Shown here: in pieces, positions 7,635 to 14,201 of the stretch
How positions within the stretch are numbered: position 1 is the first letter of the stretch
Layout: each line of letters starts with the position of its first letter
NCBI GenBank assembly: GCA_043809585.1
Contig: JBDROZ010000087.1
Coordinates: 51,411 to 71,410, forward strand
Length of the DNA: 20,000 nt
Reading direction: 5' to 3'
Source: Candidatus Eiseniibacteriota bacterium
GTDB taxonomy: Bacteria; Orphanbacterota; Orphanbacteria; Orphanbacterales; Orphanbacteraceae
Notes under the pieces: model-generated
The model's input: the letters and a program-made list of their open reading frames with translations, nothing else
Told to the model about the DNA's origin: nothing
Databases searched by the model: none
Made by a program: the position numbers and the translations under genes

Positions 7635-8963
7635 CTAGGGGGCCCGTCTCTCATCGCCGAGGCGCATCATCCCCGAGACGATCGCGAGAGGAAGGAGCAC
7701 GAGGAGGTTTCGCGACAGGGCGGTGCCGTTCACGAGGAACGTGTAGCTGTCGGTGAAGAGATACGCCCCCGCGAACAAGAATCCGCCGCCGAGGAGGAGG
7801 GCGAGGGGAAGACGAGGTACCGGTCTTCCGAGCCGGAGAGGGAGGAGCACCAGCGGGTACCATGCGATTCCCCAACTCCCCGTCAAGAACGCGTTGATCA
7901 GGGCGAGACGGAGGAAACTCGAAAGCCGCCGGAGGATCTCACCCACCCCGAAGAAGCCGACGACGTGATAGGGCGATTCGGGCACTCCGCCGGTGTACTT
8001 GAACAGGAGCCACGGAAGACAGACGGGAAGGGAGATCGCGAACCACCGGACCAGGGCGGGGCGGAGATCCCTCCGCCTCCGGGAATCGAGCACGACCCAT
8101 ACGGTGCAGATAAGATAGAACGGAAATCCTTCGTTCTTGACGATCGGCATCATTCCCGCGGCGATCGCGGCGAGGAGGAGATCCCCCCGCCTTCCGCCCC
8201 GGTGATACGCCATGAGGAAGAATGCCGTCGCCATCAGGAAGAAGGCGAGAGGGAGATCCATGTAGGCGACCGTGCCGTGATGGACGGCGAAAGGCGAGGT
8301 CACGAAGAGGAGCACGCCGAGGCGGGCCACCGTGAACCCCGAGTGTTCGCGCAGGAAACGCCATACGAGCGCGGCGAGCCCGGTGAAGAAGAGGGGGAAG
8401 AGGATCTTCACCGCCGGTTCGTGCCAGTACCCGACGAAGTGGGCGAGATACGATTCCAACAGGGGAATCCCGAGCGGGTATCCGGGGAAGCCGGCCCAGT
8501 CGTGGGAGAAGAATTCGTCGGGGAATCCCTTCTCGAGAAAGATCACTTTCGCCCGGAACGACCAGATCCGCCAGGCGTCCCATCCGTGCACCGGACGGAT
8601 CAACGCGTGGCGAAAGACGTAAACAATCTGGGCGAGGACGACGATTCCCGTGACCGCGCCGAGGAAGTCCCGCACCGGGCGCCGGGGGAGCACGAGATAA
8701 GGACCTTCGCCCCCCCGATTCCGAAGGCGTCCGGCGATGTACAGGGCGACCGGCGCGGCGAGAAGGGGGGGAGAGGCGGGGACGCCGGCGCCGGCGAGCA
8801 GAAAGGACCATGTGGCGATGACGGCGGTTCCCGCGGTGAAGGCGGCGATCAATCGGTCGAGGGTCTGTCCCTCGAGGGAGCGAATCCTGAGCAGGAGGAG
8901 CAGCCCCTCGCCCGACGCGACGAGCAACAGGAGGGCGACGATGACCGAGAGGAAGGGAATCAC
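7635..8963 (-). CDS. Polytopic GT-C-fold glycosyltransferase-like protein (ArnT/PMT_2-like), 442 aa; paralog of 6283-7617
   Basis: GWDAWRIWSFRAK, GYPLGIP, HHGTVAYMDLP, VKNEG, AFLTGSWGIAW, SRNLL; GTGA overlap with the upstream gene. Confidence 0.8.
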   Translation of the reverse strand: MIPFLSVIVALLLLVASGEGLLLLLRIRSLEGQTLDRLIAAFTAGTAVIATWSFLLAGAGVPASPPLLAAPVALYIAGRLRNRGGEGPYLVLPRRPVRDFLGAVTGIVVLAQIVYVFRHALIRPVHGWDAWRIWSFRAKVIFLEKGFPDEFFSHDWAGFPGYPLGIPLLESYLAHFVGYWHEPAVKILFPLFFTGLAALVWRFLREHSGFTVARLGVLLFVTSPFAVHHGTVAYMDLPLAFFLMATAFFLMAYHRGGRRGDLLLAAIAAGMMPIVKNEGFPFYLICTVWVVLDSRRRRDLRPALVRWFAISLPVCLPWLLFKYTGGVPESPYHVVGFFGVGEILRRLSSFLRLALINAFLTGSWGIAWYPLVLLPLRLGRPVPRLPLALLLGGGFLFAGAYLFTDSYTFLVNGTALSRNLLVLLPLAIVSGMMRLGDERRAP

Positions 8964-10039
8964 GGCGCCCCTCTCCTTCGTCCGTAGACCGATCCCGCCC
9001 CCTCCCTCCGGAAGAGCGGAACGCACGAAGCCGAATCGGGGGGCGCCGGCGACCGGTAAGAGATCACGTAGTCGGCCCCCCGCCGCACCCGGCTCGGGTA
9101 GAGATAGAACGCCCCCTTCTCCCACGGGTATGGTTCGGGAGCCCGAAGATCCACAGCGGCCCCTTCGGGGATGCGGCGCTTTGCCTCGATGATCAGGGGA
9201 AAGAACCCCGGCGGATTCACCAACTCCGTCTTCTCCATCAGGGATTTTCCCCCGAACCGGGCGGTTTCGGCCCGCGCGATCCGGATTTCGTCGACGGCGC
9301 TTCGCGCGAAGAAGAGAAGGACTCCGGCGAGTAGCCAACGGGGGAGGATCTGTGTGACCTCCGCCGCGAAGCCGCTCCTTCTTCGGAGCGCGAGGGCGGC
9401 GGGGAGAAGAACGAAAAGGACGCCGAGCAGAAGGGAGTAGGGGATCTTGCCGACGGAGGCGCCGAGGATGCCGTTCACCGAATAGTGGGACCGGAGCTCG
9501 GTCCTCCCGAACGCCGTCCAACCGTCGCCCAGGATTTCGCCGATTCCCTCGGCCCGCCGGACCTCGAAGGCCTCGAGACGGAGCGACCGGGCCCCCCGGC
9601 CGGGGGAGATCAGGAAGCGATCGATCCTCCCTCGCCACGACGGGTTTTCACCGAGGCGAACCACGGTTCGGCCGTCCGGTATCTCAGCGCGCCACTCGGC
9701 GACGAAGCCCCGCGCCTCGTCGTCGGTCCAGTAGAGTACGGCCCCCGTCCCCGCCGGCTCCGTGGCGATCCGCACTTCCACGCGGTCGAGCCGCTCTCCG
9801 TCGATCTCGAGACCGCCGGGGCTGATGAGGGCGGCGGTCGCATCCTCCGTTCCGTCGAGCCGGAGCCCTCCGGGCCCCGCCCGGAGGAGACCCCCCGTGG
9901 CGCCCCACCCCGCGGGATCGCCTCCGGAGAAGTCGTAGCGGAGAGGCTCGGACCGGAGATCACGGCCCGAGGCGCCCGTCCCGAGGGAGAGGAGCAAGAA
10001 AAGGGCGATCGTGCATGCTCGGATCCGGCGAGAAGCCAA
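8960..10039 (-). CDS. Membrane protein with signal/TM, extracytoplasmic beta-sandwich (CBM-like, inferred) and 2-TM C-terminal module (359 aa)
   Basis: GGAGG 5 nt before TTG10039 (alternative ATG10075); hydrophobic TIALFLLLSLG; beta-rich region ending NPSWRGRIDRFLISPG; C-terminal half homologous to 5732-6286. Confidence 0.8.
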   Translation of the reverse strand: MASRRIRACTIALFLLLSLGTGASGRDLRSEPLRYDFSGGDPAGWGATGGLLRAGPGGLRLDGTEDATAALISPGGLEIDGERLDRVEVRIATEPAGTGAVLYWTDDEARGFVAEWRAEIPDGRTVVRLGENPSWRGRIDRFLISPGRGARSLRLEAFEVRRAEGIGEILGDGWTAFGRTELRSHYSVNGILGASVGKIPYSLLLGVLFVLLPAALALRRRSGFAAEVTQILPRWLLAGVLLFFARSAVDEIRIARAETARFGGKSLMEKTELVNPPGFFPLIIEAKRRIPEGAAVDLRAPEPYPWEKGAFYLYPSRVRRGADYVISYRSPAPPDSASCVPLFRREGAGSVYGRRRGAP

Positions 10040-10115
10040 GGCAACCTCCCCAGGCGGCGGGCCGCCCAGCGCCATGGTACACGACCCCCCGCCCGAAAGC
10101 GAGAGAGGCCCGTCC

Positions 10116-10144
10116 TTGCGGCCGTCGCCCCGCCTCTCTATAAT
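10116..10144 (+). promoter_or_regulatory. Sigma70-type promoter TTGCGG-17-TATAAT
   Basis: Consensus -10 with 17-bp spacing, 46 bp upstream of ATG10191. Confidence 0.65.
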
Positions 10145-10190
10145 CGGACCCTCAGGGCCGCGCCGCGGTCGAATAGGGAGGGATAGGCAG

Positions 10191-12323
10191 ATGAAGATTC
10201 GAGTGCTCGGCGCGCTACTCGCGATCGCGCTCCCCGCCGCCGCTCTCGGCGAAGCACGCATCGTGCACCACACGATCCGGGCGAAGATCGATCCGGAAAG
10301 CTCCCGGCTCGTTGCGAGCGACCGTTTGACCGTGGAGGGGCACGACTCGAGCATGCTTCGCTTTCTTCTCCACCGGGACCTGAAGATCAAGACGATCCGG
10401 TTGGAAGAGCGGGACCTCCGCTGGGAGGAGAAAGCCTACGATTCGTCCCGTTGGGGGGAGGAGGAAGGGTCCGAGGGGTCGTCGTACGACGGGACGAGAG
10501 AAGTGGCCGTCAATCTTCGCGGGCCGGAGCAAGGTCGTTTCGAGCTTCTGGTCGAGTACGAGGGGGTCGTTCTCGATTCCCTCCACCCGCCGAAAGAGGC
10601 GTACGGCCGCTCCTTCATGACCACGTCGGGGCTCATCGAGGAACGGGGGGCCTACCTCGCCGGCTCGACGGTCTGGACGCCGACGATTCCGGGCGATCTC
10701 TTCACGTTCCGTCTCGAGGCGCTCGTTCCGTCGGATTGGGAATCGGTGAGCCAGGGGACCCTCGCGGCGCGCTACGAGGAGGGCGTCCACCGCGTCGGAC
10801 GGTGGGAGTCGAAAGACCCGATGGAGGAGATCTACCTCGTGGCCGGTCCCTACGTCTTCCGGGAGACCGAGGCGGGGGGGAGGAGATTCCAGTCCTACCT
10901 GTACGAGGCGGGGGACGGGCAGGAACTCCACGAGCGGTACGCCGCCGCCACGGGCGATCTTCTCGAGCGGTACTCCCGGGAGATCGGCGAGTACCCGTTC
11001 CCGAAGTTCGCGCTGGTCGAGAACTTTTGGCAGACCGGATTCGGGATGCCCTCCTTCACGCTCCTCGGCACTCAGGTGATCCGTCTTCCCTTCATCATCC
11101 ATACCTCCTACGGGCACGAGATCCTGCACAACTGGTGGGGGAACGGCGTGTTCGTCGATTGGGAGCGGGGGAACTGGTGCGAGGGGCTGACCGCTTACGG
11201 CGCCGACTACGCGTTCAAGAAGGAGAGAAGCGACGCGGAGGCGGCCCAGTACAGGCGGGGCGAGCTTCAGAAGTACCGGGACTATGTGAGCGCCAATGAG
11301 GATTTTCCTCTGGTCGACTTTCGGAGCCGCTCCGACGCGTCGACCCAGGCCGTGGGCTACTCGAAGTCGACGATGGTCTTTCACATGCTTCGGAATTTCA
11401 TCGGCGAGGGGGCGTTCCGTGAGGGGCTCCGGGCTCTTTTCCGGGACCGGAAGTTCCAAGTCGCGGGGTGGACCGACCTCCGGGCCGCGTTCGAGAAGGC
11501 GAGCGGCGCCGATCTGGAGATGTTCTTCGAGCAGTGGACGACGCGGAGGGGCGCCCCCTCGCTCAATCTCGAGAGCGTGGAGGCGACGAAAGGGTGGAGC
11601 GGAAAGTACACGGTGAAGGGGGTGGTTCGGCAGGGGGAGCCGCCCTTCCATGTCGACGCGCCGCTCGTGATCGAGACGGGTGCGGGGAAGGACACCCTCA
11701 CCGTGTATTTGACGGGGAAGGAGATGAAGTTCGAATGGAGCGGGTCGGACCTGCCCCGGGCGGTGTCGGTGGACCCGGAGTTCGATCTCTTCCGCCGTCT
11801 CGACCGGACCGAGATCCCGCCCGCTCTCTCGGGAACGCTCGGCGCCGATTCACTCCTCATCGTGCTGCCGCCGGAGGGGGCCTGCGCGTTCGACGGGGAG
11901 CTCGCCGTTCTCGCGGAGCAGTGGGGGAAGGCCCCGGGGGCGACGGTCGTGCGCGGGGCGGTGCCGGAGGCGTTCCTGAACCGGCGGGGGGTCTGGCTCC
12001 TCGGACCGACGGTTTACACGGAGCGCTTTCTGGAGTCGTTGCCGGCCGGGAGCGGTTTGGACGGGGAGGATTGGGTGACGCCGTCGGGGCGGTTCCCGGC
12101 CGGGGGCCACACGGCGGTGCTCACGGCGCGGCACCCGGGAAATCCGGACATGACGTGGTCTCTCGTGATGCCGCCGGAGGGAGAGCCCGTCGCTTCGATC
12201 GGAAGGAAGATCCCCCACTACGGGCGATACGGCTACCTGGTGTTCGAGGGGGACACGAACGTGGACAAGGGGGAGTGGGCGGTCACCGAGTCGCCGCTCC
12301 GGGTGACGGTGGAAGTGAAGTAG
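10191..12323 (+). CDS. Secreted M1-family (aminopeptidase N-like) zinc metallopeptidase, 710 aa
   Basis: Signal peptide MKIRVLGALLAIALPAAALGEA; HEILH-x18-E zinc motif (HEILHNWWGNGVFVDWERGNWCEG); GYSK tyrosine; GFGMP where GXMEN is usual; GGGAGG RBS. Confidence 0.9.
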   Translation: MKIRVLGALLAIALPAAALGEARIVHHTIRAKIDPESSRLVASDRLTVEGHDSSMLRFLLHRDLKIKTIRLEERDLRWEEKAYDSSRWGEEEGSEGSSYDGTREVAVNLRGPEQGRFELLVEYEGVVLDSLHPPKEAYGRSFMTTSGLIEERGAYLAGSTVWTPTIPGDLFTFRLEALVPSDWESVSQGTLAARYEEGVHRVGRWESKDPMEEIYLVAGPYVFRETEAGGRRFQSYLYEAGDGQELHERYAAATGDLLERYSREIGEYPFPKFALVENFWQTGFGMPSFTLLGTQVIRLPFIIHTSYGHEILHNWWGNGVFVDWERGNWCEGLTAYGADYAFKKERSDAEAAQYRRGELQKYRDYVSANEDFPLVDFRSRSDASTQAVGYSKSTMVFHMLRNFIGEGAFREGLRALFRDRKFQVAGWTDLRAAFEKASGADLEMFFEQWTTRRGAPSLNLESVEATKGWSGKYTVKGVVRQGEPPFHVDAPLVIETGAGKDTLTVYLTGKEMKFEWSGSDLPRAVSVDPEFDLFRRLDRTEIPPALSGTLGADSLLIVLPPEGACAFDGELAVLAEQWGKAPGATVVRGAVPEAFLNRRGVWLLGPTVYTERFLESLPAGSGLDGEDWVTPSGRFPAGGHTAVLTARHPGNPDMTWSLVMPPEGEPVASIGRKIPHYGRYGYLVFEGDTNVDKGEWAVTESPLRVTVEVK

Positions 12324-12368
12324 GAGATGAGGGGGGTGCGTTTGGTGGCACGCACTCCTTGAAAAAGC

Positions 12369-12544
12369 CCGGCGGGACGGGGGATCGGGTGAGGGAGGGG
12401 TTGGGGCATAGCCGGGGAGCCCAAGGAAGACATGCGCAACGCAGACACTATGCGTCCGGAGAAAGGGAGGGTTTTCTCCCGCCGCACGACGAGCGTCCAA
12501 GCCCGCCCCAATCCCCTCCCTCACCCGATCCCCCGCCCCGCCGG
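12369..12544 (-). repeat. REPIN/MITE-like element family C, copy 3 (inverted, diverged interior), 32-bp terminal inverted repeats
   Basis: ccggcgggacgggggatcgggtgagggagggg matches the reverse complement of cccctccctcacccgatcccccgccccgccgg at 31/32; interior tccggagaaagggagggttttctcccg matches the reverse complement of copies 1 and 2. Confidence 0.85.
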
Positions 12545-12604
12545 AAGGAGGGGAAGCGGAAACAGCGGAGTGGGCGGGCTTGTCAGCCCGCTGGTTCTTT
12601 TTTA

Positions 12605-12634
12605 TGTCATCCCCGCGGAGGCGGGGACCCAGGA
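12605..12634 (+). repeat. REP-like palindrome family A (GTCATYCCCGC...GCGGG), copy 1
   Basis: tgtcatccccgcggaggcggggacccagga; hairpin ccccgc/gcgggg. Confidence 0.75.
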
Positions 12635-12649
12635 GATGGTATTCCTCCC

Positions 12650-12697
12650 CCCGTTCGTCCTGAGTGATCCGACCGTAGGGAGGATCGTATCGAAGGA
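12650..12697 (+). repeat. REP-like family B left arm (CCGTTCGTCCTGAG...GTATCGAAGG)
   Basis: cccgttcgtcctgagtg is the exact reverse complement of 13698-13714; gtatcgaagga pairs with 13629-13639. Confidence 0.75.
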
Positions 12698-12879
12698 GGA
12701 ACCGGGGGGAGTGGCCTGGTTCTCGGCGACCGCCCAAAAGGAATAGAGGGAAGTTCGCCCACCCGGGGGCTCGGAGAGAAGTAGAACCTGTGTCGCGCGC
12801 CGTCTCGGTCGACCGGTCCGTTCGTCGTGTTCCCTTTGAAGAGCTGAGCGATAATTTCAAGTTATGGGGGCTCCACTGC

Positions 12880-12910
12880 TGTCATCCCCGCGCAGGCGGA
12901 TCCAGGAAAT
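12880..12910 (+). repeat. REP-like palindrome family A, copy 2
   Basis: tgtcatccccgcgcaggcggatccaggaaat. Confidence 0.75.
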
Positions 12911-12931
12911 ACAATTCCCAAGTCTTTCGCC

Positions 12932-12961
12932 TTGATCGTTCCTGGTCTCTTCACATATAAT
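12932..12961 (+). promoter_or_regulatory. Sigma70-type promoter TTGATC-18-TATAAT
   Basis: 25 bp upstream of ATG12987, followed by a GGAGGAGG RBS. Confidence 0.6.
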
Positions 12962-12986
12962 CTCGATGTCTCGGAGGAGGGCTGCG

Positions 12987-13540
12987 ATGAACCGAAAGAA
13001 GTGCCTGTCCGCATCGGCGCTCGGGCTGCTTCTCAGCCTCAACTCTCCGGCCCTCGCCGAGCAGATCGTCGAGCTCGATCTCGACGGCGTGCCGGGGAAC
13101 GGTCCCGACACGGCGTACGTATCGGGTGGATCCGCGGTGCCCGTCGATGTCTGGTTCCGGGGCGGTGACACCTTCATCGGTTTACAAGTCGATATCTGCA
13201 ATCCCGATGACGGGTTGGCCTTCGAGTCGGTTGAATACAGCACGGTAGTGGTTGGACCAACAACCCGCCCCATTTCCCCTCAGCCCATTGCACGCGAATC
13301 TTGGCGGTGAGTTGGTTCGGGGATGATCCGATCCCTCAGCCGGACATGGTGGCGACCCTCACCTATCGGGCGGCTTCTCCCGGATTTCATGAACTGATTG
13401 TAGACCAAGACAGCACGTGGATTCTGTCCACCCTTTTCGAATTCACCCCGCCCGATTCTGAGGTACCCGCCTACATCCAATCGGAAGCCACGTCCACGTC
13501 CGACGCCACCTGGGGTTCGATCAAAGCACTCTTTCGCTGA
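12987..13540 (+). pseudogene. Frameshifted secreted beta-sandwich (cohesin-like, inferred) protein with C-terminal TWGSIKALFR motif
   Basis: Signal peptide MNRKKCLSASALGLLLSLNSPALA; the first frame stops at 13310; the second frame is open from 13235 to 13540 (GSGWTNNPPHFPSAHCTRILAVSWFG...). A single missing base near 13243 would join them. Could be a sequencing error. Confidence 0.7.
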
Positions 13541-13628
13541 GTCGGCCTATCTCGCGCCGATTCCGGAACTCCCATTCGCAAAGAACCTGATACCCAAGGA
13601 AGATGGTTCACTATCCACTCCCTGTTCA

Positions 13629-13714
13629 TCCTTCGATACACCGCCCGGTGGCCTGTCCTGAGTAGGACCGGAGGTCCGTATCGAAGGGACCGGGCGGCAC
13701 TCAGGACGAACGGG
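13629..13714 (-). repeat. REP-like family B right arm with a further family B unit nested in its loop (13655-13687)
   Basis: tccttcgatac-a-ccgcccggt...[gtcctgagtaggaccggaggtccgtatcgaagg]...accgggcgg-cactcaggacgaacggg. Confidence 0.75.
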
Positions 13715-13843
13715 AGGGAAGCCAGCACGCGGCAGGGACATTGCTTCTCTTCGAGGATCCGGGTGGGCGGACGCCATCACTCCCTCTCAAAGGACGAGGA
13801 GGGGCTGTGCCGGTCTCCTGCGTGCAAGGCAATCCGGAATGGG

Positions 13844-13877
13844 ATTTCCTGGATCCCCTGCCTACGCGGGAATGACA
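13844..13877 (-). repeat. REP-like palindrome family A, copy 3 (inverted)
   Basis: Reverse complement tgtcattcccgcgtaggcaggggatccaggaaat aligns with copies 1 and 2. Confidence 0.75.
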
Positions 13878-14141
13878 AATCTATGCACTCTCATGTCCTC
13901 GCCTTCCTCGGCAGTCCTTGCTGATCATTCTGGGCCACGGGTGGGTGGCCGCGACAGGGGTCCACGAGGCGCGCAGGCACCAAGCACCAGATCCCGAGCA
14001 ACAAGAGCTGGTGTGAAAGCGAAACGTGCGGTTCACGCAGTTCAGAGGAAGAACGGCAGGTGTGCGACTGCCGAGCACCGCAGTGGACAGGAGCGGTCAG
14101 GACCCACCCGTAGGAGTCTCGTTGCCCGGCACCGAAACTCC
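13878..14141 (-). ncRNA. Structured non-coding element; candidate IS110-type left end / bridge-RNA-like remnant without transposase
   Basis: Nested stems 13937-46/14102-11 (10 bp perfect), 13947-52/14093-98, 13960-65/14083-88; hairpins caccag/ctggtg and cggcag/ctgccg; hairpin 14113-14141; RBS plus ATG13894 giving only 10 codons. Strand and IS110 assignment are inference. Confidence 0.4.
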
Positions 14142-14145
14142 AACG

Positions 14146-14172
14146 AAAAACGGCGCGCAAGACGCGCGCCGT
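14146..14172 (-). terminator. Rho-independent terminator for the alpha/beta hydrolase gene
   Basis: Minus strand acggcgcgc-gtctt-gcgcgccgt followed by a T-tract, about 30 bp after the stop codon. Confidence 0.7.
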
Positions 14173-14201
14173 CGGGCGCTCGAATCGACATCGTTCGCCG
14201 A

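Noticed and set aside
6225-8987. 920-aa plus-strand ORF spanning both GT-C genes
   Set aside because: Alternative frame of one gene plus antisense of the other; Arg/Pro/Gly-rich and motif-free.
5732-10039. Inverted paralogs as a phase-variable invertible segment
   Set aside because: Nucleotide sequences are well diverged, with no long identical inverted repeats and no recombinase in the window.
10215-11651. 478-aa minus-strand ORF
   Set aside because: Antisense shadow of the M1 peptidase.
13539-13563. Hairpin gagtcggc/gccgattc as terminator after the frameshifted gene
   Set aside because: No clear U-tract and a long loop; too weak to call.
13937-14111. 6S RNA or SRP RNA
   Set aside because: Size fits 6S, but the fold is multibranched, the usual 3' motifs and zapA context are missing, and there is no SRP helix-8 motif. 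Not formally excluded without Infernal.
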